NCBI RefSeq assembly: GCF_001194135.2
Contig: NC_068990.1
Location: 67,412,488-67,476,487, forward strand
Length of the DNA stretch: 64,000 bases
Direction of reading: 5' to 3'
Origin: Octopus bimaculoides
Lineage: Eukaryota
This document shows positions 52,521-64,000 of the stretch, piece by piece. Positions within the stretch are counted from its first letter, which is position 1. Every line of letters starts with the position of its first letter. The translations under genes and the position numbers were made by a program. The notes below the pieces were generated by a model, which saw only the letters and a program-made list of their open reading frames with translations, searched no databases and was not told the DNA's origin.

Positions 52521-54709
52521 GACACATATACAGACATACAGAAGTATATACAAACACACAGAGTTATATATGTATATATCTATTGTTATTATGTTTTATT
52601 AAGATTATTTAACTTCATTTCAATTGGTTTCATTAATCTATTTTCTACAGTAAATAATCTAAATAGAAAATCATATATACCTTAAAGATACGTAGAAAAT
52701 ATCAGTTGTTAGATGTATTTGTCTAGTTTAAAGTTACTTTAATTTATATTATCGTGAAAGTAATTTTCTTCTAGACCATACAGTGACACCTTAGATTCTT
52801 TTGTTATTCTGTATTTGATATATGCAGTTTGAATAATATATAATGAGAACCTCTATAACAGTGTTGCATATATTTTCACTTGATTTATAAGGTGGTGGGC
52901 TGACAGAATTGTTAGCTCATTGGGCACAATGTTTAGTGGCATTTCCTCTGTCTTTACAGTCTGAGTTCAAATTCTGCTGAGGTCGACTTTGCCTTCCATT
53001 CTTTTGGGGGTCAATAATGTAAGTACCAGTTGAACACTGGGTAGATGTAATTGATTTGCCCTCTCACCCAAACCTATTGGCCTTGTGCCAAAATTTGAAT
53101 TGAATATTTTCAATTGATTTCAGCTTCCATCACCAGCAATGGATTTTTCACTCTATTGACAAGATTCAGTGCAATGTACTGTATAGCAATGGTGCAGAAG
53201 TTAGTATGGTTTGGTTACATGTACTAAGCTTTCACTAATTGTTACATTTGCCTATGCAGTCCCAAATAGACAGATACATCTGCTTTGCTCTTCTAGCCTT
53301 CAACCAGCAAAACCCATTTTGCTCTTCCAGCCTTCAATCAGCAAAACCCACTTGAACCAGCAAAACATGAGGAATGTAATAGTTGGTTGGTGTGATGAAT
53401 AACATGAAATGAATAGCCTAGCTTAAAGATACAATACCCCACTCAGGCTATGATGTGAACCTGTGACTTTAAAATCAGGAGCCAAAAATCCTAACCCTCG
53501 TCCCTTATGACTGCTTAACAACCCATGTTGGTGTGTTTATATCTCCATAACTCAGCAGTCTGGCGAAAGAGACTGATAAAATATCTATCAGGTTTAAATA
53601 TATAAGTCCCGGGGGTCAATTTCTTCATCTAGAAGCCTTGAAATGTAGTGCCCCAGCATGGCTGCAATCAAATGACTGAAACAAGTAAAAGAAAAGTAAA
53701 AGAAAGACTAGCAAATTTAATACAGATATAGTGAAGGTGCATGGCTCAGTGGTTAGAGGGTCAGGCTCACATTCATGTGATAGTGAATTTGATTCCCGGA
53801 CTATGCTGTGTGTTGTGTTCTTGAGCAAGACACTGTACTTCATGCTGCTCCAATTCACTCAGCTCTAGAAATGAGTTGCGACATCACTGATGCCAAGCTG
53901 TATTGGCCTTTGCCTTTTCTTTGGATAACATTGGTGGCATAGAGAGGAGAGGCTGGTATTCTTAGACGATTGCTGGTCTTCCATAAACAACCTTGCCCAG
54001 ATTTGCCCCTCGAAGGGGAACTGTCTAGGTGCAATCCTATGGTCATTCATGATCAAAGGGATCTTTACCCTAGTACTGGAACTTGAACCTGTATATACAT
54101 GATCCACATCCATCTCACCTTCCACTACCTTTCCATATTGATATTTCCCATCAACTGCTCAAGTTGGTCATCACTCAAGTTTATCTCTGCCCCCATCTCT
54201 AAACCATCCATTACCCTCCCCACTCACTCTCATGAAACTACCACTATCTTCGTTATTTTTGTGTCTTCTGCCCTGTGCTGATTTTCTTGTAGCTTCAAAT
54301 TTGCTCTGGTACCCCATCACTTTATATCCTTTCCAGTTACCCCTAGCAACTCTTACATAATGTGTGGTGGCCATTTTATTTCCTCTATTGCAATACACCT
54401 CTGCTTGCCCCTTTATCATACGTTAACTTCTCAACACCAGGTGTAAATCCACCTCGTACTCTCATATACTCCCTCATCTAGTAGTAGGGGCTTTTTTTGT
54501 TTCCTTTTTCCATGTTCTTATCCTGTCTGGCAAGTTACATGGCAACCTCACAAGTGTCAGTGGCGTGAAAACAGAGCACCCTGTACAGTCATTGATACTA
54601 GCGCTAGGGAAGGGAATCCAACCAAATCTGACACTGAAGCACAGCATAGCTCTTTGGCTTGCCAGCCCCTGTCTGATTCTCCAACCCATACCAGCATAGA
54701 AAATGGACA

Positions 54710-54885
54710 TATGATGATAATGATGATAGTGGTGGTGGTGATGATGATGATGATAATGGTGATGATGATGGTGATGGTGATGGTGATGATGTGGTAATGA
54801 TAGTGATGGTGATGGTGATGATGATGGTAGTGATGATGATGATGATGGTGATGACAATGACAACAATGATGGCAGTAATGATAAA
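54710..54885. repeat. (GAT/GGT)n trinucleotide microsatellite
   Basis: Directly visible; explains the poly-His and poly-Ile ORFs in the track. Confidence 0.95.
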
Positions 54886-57800
54886 AATGGTTTGCAGAAC
54901 TTCTTCGATATTCATTTGGGATGTATTTAAAGAAAAAGCTGATACAAATTTCTTTTGTCTTTTCAAACATTTATTTTCAGACACATTCGAATTTCTTTCT
55001 GAAACACAACAGGCGACATCTCAGACTATCTCGTATAACCTAAGTATTTTATCTCAAATATCCTTGCTTCATTGAAAATTCTAATCGAATTCTTTTCTTA
55101 GACATAACAAAAAAAAAAAAAAATGTGCAACACCGACTATATTTATAGAAAATTGGCTATTTATTGATCTGTTTATTTATTCATTTAGCATTCTATTATT
55201 GCTTGTTTGTTAAAACTACAATATCACATATATGTCAAATGAGACAGTGAACATTTGATACAATAGAATAGGGTCAGGTGTCAAAATTAAACATGTGGTG
55301 GTGGTGGGGAGTATGAGATACACTGTGATAAGTTAGAGGGAAAAAAAAAAAAATAAATGGTAACGATTATAATAGCTAAAATTAAATAGAAAAAAACAAT
55401 CAGGAATCAAACATGGATGTTTTCTGCTTCCTCAATGACCTATAAGTGAATTTAAAGACAAAACAANNNNNNNNNNNNNNNNNNNNNNNNNNNNNNNNAA
55501 AAAGGAATAATAAAAACAGCCAAAACATAGAAGAAAATAAGATAGGAAATCTATTCATAAATGGCTGCAATATTTCATTACAGAAAATGAGAAAACACAT
55601 TTAAAATAATGATTCATTCAAACAAACAATAGACACAATCATTGGCAATATTATCAAGTGGCCTGATGCATATATTTTGGTGGCTCGTCAGTCTATAGAT
55701 TATTTGTCATTTGCCTTTTACTTGTTTCAGTCGTCTAACTGGGATCATTCTGGGACAACACTACTAATAGTTAGTTGAGCAAATCAAGCCAAGTACTTAT
55801 TCATCAGCTTGGTGCTTCTTCCATCAGTCTCTTCTGATGAACTGTTAAAGTACAGGGATGTAAACAAACTAACGTCATTGTCAAGAATTAGCAGGATGAG
55901 GAATTAACAGACACACACACACACATATATATGATGGGCTTCTTCATAGTTTCTGTCTACCAAATTCATTCATAAAGCAGTGGATGGCCCCAGAGCTAGG
56001 TATATAGTAGAAGACAATTGTTCAGTGTACTGTGCAGTGAGGTTGAACCTAAAACAACATGTTTCTTAACCACACAGCTATGCCTACAACTATTGCTATT
56101 TACTGAAAGAATTTACCAATATTTGAAGGAATATTTAGAGTCACAGTTAGTTCTTTAACAAGGTGCCAGTCTATAAGTTGATACACACTGGCAGTTCAAA
56201 TCTTACCTACATCAGTGTTTTATCACCACCACCACTCCTCCAACCAACCAAACTCATCATCATTACTTAACCTACATATTCCATGCTGGCAGGGTTAAGA
56301 CAGTTTGGCAACATCGGATGGCTCTAAAGACTGCGTTATGCTCCAGTGTTTGCTTCAGTATGGTCTCTACAGCCAGATATCCTTCCAAATGCCAACCACT
56401 TTGCATTATGTACTGGGTATCCTTTCTTCATTGCACCAGCACTTGTGAGATCACTATGTGGTTTGTAAGACTAAGATCCCTTATGACTGAGTGGGGTTAC
56501 AGTAGAATGGAAGGAAGCTAAAAAATGAAGGGCTAAAGTATAATGGAAGGGGCCAGAACAGATCAGAACAGGTTTCCTTCTGTTGAGGCGAACTGCATGA
56601 CTACTTTCATTGCAAAAGTAAGGGTAGGGATGATGTGGATGAAGCTGGAAAGAGAGAACTGCTATGTGATGAGGTGTCAGTGTGGGTCCTCAAGACTGAA
56701 GGCAATTACAAGTGAGTGGGAACAAGAGGACAGGGAGTGCTAGTGGGTAGAGGTTGTAAGAGTGTATAAGGGAGTGAGTGATGGTTATAGACAGGGCATA
56801 GGGTGAATACGATGAAAAACAGGGGTTGAGGGAAGACAAATGGGGGGGGGAGCAAGGGAATCCACTATGGATCCTTCTACATGTCCAGAAGCATTTAACT
56901 ATCACTAACATAATTTTGTGTGGCTGTAAATAAATATCATGAGCTGGAAAATTCAATAATATAAGGATAACATAATTAATGAGTATTTCATTAGCTGTCA
57001 TGCAGTATTTAGCTCATGCCTTCTGAGAGGCAAACACCACCAAATCTTTAAATATGAGAAACAACACTGCAAAGACGATGGCGACGGCGGTGGCGGTGGC
57101 CACCACCATCATTATCATTCTTGTCAACAGAATAATCTGCAATGCCTAACACAGTGGTCGAATTCCATCATAGAAGTAGCAGGTCAAAATTCTGTTCTGC
57201 ACCAAAGACTTCTAATATTATTGCTGCTCCTCCTCTCTCCAACATAACATGAAAATAATGTAAATTATCTCATTAAATACTGTTATCATTTATCTTTTGA
57301 TTTTGTCATTAGATTATGGGGATCAACTTGAATTAATCCCAATACATTATTTTTTTGTTTCAAGTCTGAAACTTATTATATTGGGTGCTTTGCCACACTG
57401 CTAAGTTATGGGGATATAAACAAACCAACATCAGCAGTCAAGTGGTAGAAGGACACACAATTGCATACACACACATACACACACAATAGGTTTCCGCACA
57501 GCATCCATTTACCAAATGCATTGGTCAGCTTGAGGCAGTAATAGAAGAGATTCATCCAAAGAACTGTGCAGTGGGGCTGAACCTGAAACCATATGACTGC
57601 AAAAAGTGTTTTTTATTCACCAGGCCATGCCTGAATTTGGGAATCCTTTGTAATATTCAAGTAACTCAAAGAATTCATAGGCATAGCAATGTGGTTAAGA
57701 AACTTGTTTCAGGACTCTGTGGTGTCAGTTTCAGTCCCACTTCATGGCATTTTGGGATAGTGCCTTCTACTACAGCTGTGAACCACCCAAAGCCTTGTAA

Positions 57801-58225
57801 GTGGATAGAGTAGATTTGATGAGAATGAAAGAGGTCAGTGAGTGTGTGTGTGTGTGTGTATGCATGTATGTATATGTTTGTGTATGCATGTATGTATATG
57901 GGTGTGTGGGTGTGCATCTGGTTGTGTGTATGTGTTTGTATGTACCCTTGTCTCAACATCATGTGATGTTGCATTAATGAGCACCACAGTCATAAAAACT
58001 AAACAATGCTTTCTGTGAAATGCAAGTCTGGCCATGGAGAAATATTATCTGGTAAGAGTTTCTGGCTGTGAAAAATAACCTGTTTCAACTAAATTCTGTC
58101 TCATCCATACAAATGTCAAAATGTGAACATTCAATGATGATGACGATGACAACAACAATGACGACAGTGACAGGAACAGTGACAGCAACAACAATGATAA
58201 TGATGATTCTGATGATAGTAACAAC

Positions 58226-58257
<32 letters not shown>

Positions 58258-59067
58258 GGATTCACATTATATATATACATATTCATTATTATTATTATTA
58301 TCTATCTGTTTACACAACCTCTGCCATGTTTTCAATATCACTTTGTTGCAACTTTGTTGATTTTTAATCTGTTAACTTCTTTACAATCTTTGGAGAGTTT
58401 ATCACACAACTGTTAAGTATCTGTTATGTATCAGATAAATATATATTATGTTTATTGTTCTGCTTTCCAAAACACACGAGCCTGAGAATCTGAATTTTAA
58501 GTCATATGAATACTGACTTTGAAAATAGCTGAGAAGAAAATAAACCTTAACCTCAGAAAAAAAATATATATTATATATGAGGGAAAATGAAACTAAAAAA
58601 ATAGAGAAAAAAAAACAACAAAGAGAGAATTATTTGCTAACCTTCAGCAGTTAAAAGGAAGTAGAACATACCAAATATGGCAAGACTTCTAACTAAATGA
58701 AATTAATTAACAAATTAACAGAGCACACAATCAAGTGAGTAGAAAATTCTCTTCATTTCATAAATGCTTTTTATTTCTGGTAATTTTTTTATTCCAATTT
58801 ATTTCTTTACAAGTTAGCTGAGTTTTCAAGTCAAAAACACATGCATATGAATGAAAACTGTGTGTGTGTGTGTGTAATACACACACTCTCTATCCCTCCT
58901 TCTTTCTATGTCTCTCTTTCATTTTCTCTTTTGTTTCCTCACTCCTATCTACCCATTCCACCTACAAACATACTACAGTAAAGTAAGTGAATGGAATAAA
59001 ACTGTGACAATGAAAGTAGGGAAAACCAAAAGGGAAAACTGCTTAAAATACAAGTAGGAATACGTAA

Positions 59068-59106
<39 letters not shown>

Positions 59107-59925
59107 NNNNNNNNNNNNNNNNNNNNNNNNNNNNNNNNNNNNNNNNNNNNNNNNNNNNNNNNNNNNNNNNNNNNNNNNNNNNNNNNNNNNNNNNNNNNNN
59201 NNNNNNNNNNNNNNNNNNNNNNNNNNNNNNNNNNNNNNNNNNNNNNNNNNNNNNNNNNNNNNNNNNNNNNNNNNNNNNNNNNNNNNNNNNNNNNNNNNNN
59301 NNNNNNNNNNNNNNNNNNNNNNNNNNNNNNNNNNNNNNNNNNNNNNNNNNNNNNNNNNNNNNNNNNNNNNNNNNNNNNNNNNNNNNNNNNNNNNNNNNNN
59401 NNNNNNNNNNNNNNNNNNNNNNNNNNNNNNNNNNNNNNNNNNNNNNNNNNNNNNNNNNNNNNNNNNNNNNNNNNNNNNNNNNNNNNNNNNNNNNNNNNNN
59501 NNNNNNNNNNNNNNNNNNNNNNNNNNNNNNNNNNNNNNNNNNNNNNNNNNNNNNNNNNNNNNNNNNNNNNNNNNNNNNNNNNNNNNNNNNNNNNNNNNNN
59601 NNNNNNNNNNNNNNNNNNNNNNNNNNNNNNNNNNNNNNNNNNNNNNNNNNNNNNNNNNNNNNNNNNNNNNNNNNNNNNNNNNNNNNNNNNNNNNNNNNNN
59701 NNNNNNNNNNNNNNNNNNNNNNNNNNNNNNNNNNNNNNNNNNNNNNNNNNNNNNNNNNNNNNNNNNNNNNNNNNNNNNNNNNNNNNNNNNNNNNNNNNNN
59801 NNNNNNNNNNNNNNNNNNNNNNNNNNNNNNNNNNNNNNNNNNNNNNNNNNNNNNNNNNNNNNNNNNNNNNNNNNNNNNNNNNNNNNNNNNNNNNNNNNNN
59901 NNNNNNNNNNNNNNNNNNNNNNNNN
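59107..59925. other. Assembly gap (largest of about twelve N runs, mostly bordered by (AT)n)
   Basis: N run. Others at 3974-4438, 6405-6575, 15220-16035, 17488-17632, 42640-42795, 45199-45748, 50020-50464 and 55467-55498, plus three 10-N gaps. Confidence 0.99.
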
Positions 59926-59962
<37 letters not shown>

Positions 59963-60061
59963 CATATGCATATGCCTATGTATATATGTATGTATGTGTA
60001 TATATGTACGTGTATTTGTATATATATGTATGTATATGTGTGTGTATGTGTGTATGATTGA

Positions 60062-60103
<42 letters not shown>

Positions 60104-61126
60104 TGATGATGATGATGATGATGATAAAATGATAGCAGAATGAAAAGGATTAGAAAAATAACAAGAAAGAGGAAAATATTTGTAAAAGAATTACAAAAAT
60201 AGAAAGAAAAACTGAAAATATTTTGTTTGAAAATGAATTAGAAAAATTTTACAGTGATGTTATTTATTCCCTGCTGATAATTTTTTTCTTATCTGTTTTT
60301 GGTGGTTTCCACCAAAAAAATCAACAAACAAAACAATTAAAAAACAAATTGGAATCTTGTATTGAAATACTTAGATGTTCAATACAGTTTTAATAAATTT
60401 GTTTAACACTCCATACATACAACTTGGTTATAGTGTTGCAACTTTTCCAAGTTAAAATGCTCTTTGTTTGTGCATCTATTTTCCTATTTTGACACTTGTC
60501 CTGTCTAATTACATGCCTGTCTACCTAATTGCATGTCTGTCTGTCTGTCTAATTAGTGAAAACAAGTGGCTTAGTGTAAGGTGCTGCACTTACAATTTCA
60601 AAATCATGGTTTCAGGTTCTGGACTGGACCACGTTTTGTGTTCTTGAGCAAAACACTTCAGTTCACATTGCTCCAGCCGACTCAGCTGAAAAGGAGTAAC
60701 TCAGCGATGGACTGATATCCTGGTCAGGGGTAATGTTATGATTTTCGTGACTTATATGCCATGGAAAGTAGGTCACTGGCCCTACAAACCCTAGGAGTTG
60801 AGAGAGTAATATCGAAGGGATGATAAGGATGATGATGATGACTAATGACTTCTGTTCTGCTTGTTTAAATGACGTTATGAGCAGTGGTGACTCCATTTTC
60901 ATTAGTTTAATGTCCACTTTTCTATGGGTCAGATAGAATTTGCTGGCATTGATTTCTTACAGCCACATGTTCTTTCTGTCCCCCACTCTCATCTGTTTCG
61001 AAATAAGGTAATATTTCACGATAATCAGATGCGTTTCACAGAAAACTGGAGGTGAACAATATCGCTAATGTGGCAGCAATGTTTATTTCCAGCCTTTGCA
61101 TGACTTAACAGAAACTCTCTCTCCCT

Positions 61127-61360
61127 AAAGGCGGCGAGCTGGCAGAAACGTTAGCACACTGGGTGAAATGCTTAGCGGTATTTCATCTGCTGCTACATTC
61201 TGAGTTCTAATTCCGCCGAGGTTGACTTTGCCTTTCATCCTTTCGGGGTCGATTAAATAAGTACCAGTTATACACTGGGGTTGATATAATCGACTTAAGC
61301 CATTTGTCTGTCCTTGTTTGTCCCCTCTGTATGTAGCCCCTTGTGAGCAGTAAAGAAATA
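61127..61360 (+). mobile_element. tRNA-derived SINE, full length with 17-bp TSD
   Basis: Same family as 48491-48723. TSD AGAAACTCTCT(C/T)TCCCT at 61110-61126 and 61361-61377. Confidence 0.92.
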
Positions 61361-61575
61361 AGAAACTCTCTTTCCCTCACACACACACACACACATAATG
61401 GGCTTCTTCTAGTTTCCCCAAACAAGATATACTCAAAAAGCTTTAGATGATCTGAGGTTGCAGGAGAACAATTGCCCAAGGTGCTGTGACACTGAACCCA
61501 AAACCACTTAGTTGAGAAACATGCTTCTTAACCAGACAACCATGCTTACAACTATGTCTGAAAATTCATGTAACC

Positions 61576-61834
61576 CACTGGTTCTCAACTGGAGTTCATA
61601 TGACCCTTTTAGGGTCCATATAAAATTTTGTTGTTAAAATTTATGAGCAATAAATTGGTTATACTTCTACAGTACATGAAATATTTTAACAATTTTCTTA
61701 TACAATTCCTAATAATATCTAATTATGAAAAAAAGAATAGGATTTGTTTTTAACACGGAATGGGTACAAGGGTCCAGAAGAGTAAAATAGGAATCAAAGG
61801 GATCCATAGGCAAAAAAATGTTTTAGAAACACTG
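61576..61834. mobile_element. hAT-type MITE
   Basis: Ends CACTGGTTCTCAAC...GTTTTAGAAACACTG (CAGTGGTTCTCAA-type TIR). 8-bp TSD ATGTAA(C/T)C at 61568-61575 and 61835-61842. Confidence 0.75.
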
Positions 61835-61930
61835 ATGTAATCACACCCACTGTAGTTTCCTTGGCCATATATCAGTCTATCTCATTAGCAACATTTCTCT
61901 GCCTTAGTGATTCCATGTTTGTTAGTATCG

Positions 61931-62163
61931 TATTTCTTTATTGCCCACAAGGGGCTAAACATAGAGGGGACAAACAAGGACTGACAAAGGGATTAAGTCG
62001 ATTACATCGACCTCAGTGCATAACTGGTACTTAATTTATTGACCCCAAAAGGATGAAAGGCAAAGTCGACCTTGGCAGAATTTGAACTCAGAACACAACG
62101 GCAGACGAAATACCGCTAAGCATTTTGCCCTGCGTGCTAATTTTTCTGCCAGCTCGCAGCCTT
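61931..62163 (-). mobile_element. tRNA-derived SINE, full length, inverted relative to 61127-61360
   Basis: Its reverse complement aligns end to end with the 61127-61360 copy (roughly 85% identity by eye). Confidence 0.92.
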
Positions 62164-62536
62164 TTGTCAGTTTCTCTGACCACTAAGCTTCATGGTCACG
62201 TTAACAATACATCACCTTTTCAAGGTATACCTGGCAACCGATTCACTGAAAGAGAAGCTGTAGGTTGAGTTGCTTGTTTGGCAACAATACTTCAAAAAAT
62301 TTGTCTGTCACATCTTTTATTCTCTGTTACTTGTTTTAGACATTGGGCTGTGGCCATGCTGGGGCACTGTCTTTGAGGGTTTTAGTTGAACAAATCAACC
62401 TCAGTTGCTACATATTTTTAAAAAATCTAGTACTTATTTTATTGGTCTCTTTTGTCAAACTGCTAATTTATGCAAATATAAACAAAGCAACATTGGTTGT
62501 CAAACAGTGGTGAAGGGTACAAATACAAACACAGAG

Positions 62537-62592
<56 letters not shown>

Positions 62593-63074
62593 AAACATGT
62601 CAGGCTTCCACACAGTTTCTGTCTACCAAATATACTCAAAAGGCATTGGTCAACCCAAGGCTATAATAGAAAACACTTGCTCAAAGTGCCATGCAGTGGT
62701 AGTGAACCTGAAACCATGTAGTTGCAAAGATTTCTGGTAGATTTTCTTTGTTGAGCATCCTGCTAGTCATAAGTCCTTTTATTATTGTAGCATCTTTCTT
62801 CAAACTGATGCTCTCTGAAACTCAATACCACCATCGTTTTCTCTAGTCTAGGATATCCAATTCTTCAAGCTTTCAGTCCATTGATATCTTATGAATTTGT
62901 AGGCCCATTCTTTACCTTCCTCATAGTCCCTTAGGCTACATTGGTCTAAAGTATTGTTTAGGAGAAAATTATATGAAGAAAACCAAACAAAAGAACAAAT
63001 GACTAACAGTTGTTAAATAGCCATTTGGGATTTGAGATTAGAATTCCTTGGAAACTTTTATAGACTGTACTCAC

Positions 63075-63257
63075 CTTTACAAAACATATTCGGTCCACTC
63101 CATGTACCATCTTCCCTGCACATTGCCCGCTCTTGCCCATCAGCCCTGAATCGCGCTTCACATTTATATGTCAGTACAGTACCAGCAGGAAAGCTGTCTT
63201 GCCCTTTGGGTGCATTGTGAAAACCATTTGGAATATCTGGGGGTCTATTACATAGAA
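63075..63257 (-). CDS. Internal coding exon encoding one complete Sushi/CCP/SCR domain (host gene not identifiable from one exon)
   Basis: Minus strand reads gtttatatttcag|TT CTA TGT...TGT AAA G|gtgagt, 183 nt, phase 1-1. Translation (V)LCNRPPDIPNGFHNAPKGQDSFPAGTVLTYKCEARFRADGQERAMCREDGTWSGPNMFCK has the four Cys, the C-x2-PP-x-IPNG start and the C-x3-G-x-W-x6-C end of Sushi domains. One domain per phase 1-1 exon is typical of this family. GC and CpG content are higher than in the flanks. Confidence 0.93.
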
Positions 63258-63952
63258 CTGAAATATAAACAAAATGAGCAGTGATAAGTCAATATGTAAT
63301 AGAAAATATGCTTTAATGTTCTACAATGCATAATACATACATGCAAAAACATACATAATTTGATAGACACAAGATGTGAGCTACTTTAAGTTTCATGCTC
63401 AGATAGCACAGTATATGGACAAAATTGCAAAGTGTACTGTGTACAATTCTGCAATTGTTTAGGCTCGAAATGAACATGGTTACTCTCTAAGAAAAAGAGG
63501 GGAAGAATGAGGAAAAACAAAAAAAAAACAAAAAAACATTGGGGAAAAAGCAGACAGCTTTGAGGGAAAGGGAAATAAGAATTGTGTATTTTTGACCTGT
63601 AAGAAAGAGAATACAGTTAACAGTTTATATATGAATTAACAATGGTTGTGGGGTTCATCAGACAAAGGAAGGCTTTTGTTGACCTTATTGAAATGTAACA
63701 GTACACTACATACACAAACACATGCACATATATACATATACACACGACACATATATATAACATACAAGATTGGATAAAGAAACAAAAGGCTGTAGCACTT
63801 AACACATTTAGTTATTCTTTTAACAATAAAGTAAAAGGTTGACTCAGCTCCGCAGAAAGTTTCAATGGTGCACAAGACATCCACATTTTTAGATGTATAG
63901 AGTCAGATTGAAGAGAATTTAAAAGAATTTTCATTGGTATGATCAACCTGTT

Positions 63953-64000
<48 letters not shown>

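Noticed and set aside
54474-55075. Poly-His, poly-Ile and poly-Met ORFs
   Set aside because: All frames run through a (GAT/GGT)n microsatellite and an adjoining repeat tail.

Overview
AT-rich eukaryotic DNA from a gapped short-read assembly, with about 3.6 kb of N runs, mostly bordered by (AT)n. The dense (AT)n/(GT)n/(GAT)n/(AAT)n microsatellites, tRNA-derived SINE families and a mollusc-type mitochondrial insert point to a cephalopod genome, probably Octopus (inference). Only one host exon is well supported: a 183-nt, phase 1-1, minus-strand exon at 63075-63257 encoding one complete Sushi/CCP domain. The rest looks like a very long intron or flank of that gene. It is filled with decayed mobile DNA: several SINE families, R4/Dong LINEs, CR1, Penelope, mariner and maT, Helitron, and hAT/piggyBac-type MITEs. 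It also holds a decayed nad5 NUMT, several fold-back palindromes and a phased array of CCAAT boxes. Almost all ORFs in the supplied track are microsatellite or N-gap artefacts. I found no CRISPR array, rRNA or genuine tRNA gene, and nothing I can defend as a new biological system. The best leads are the 33-bp-phased CCAAT array, the NUMT, the microsatellite-targeted SINE/LINE pile-up and the inverted SINE pair beside the Sushi exon. All family assignments are motif recognition by eye, not database searches.
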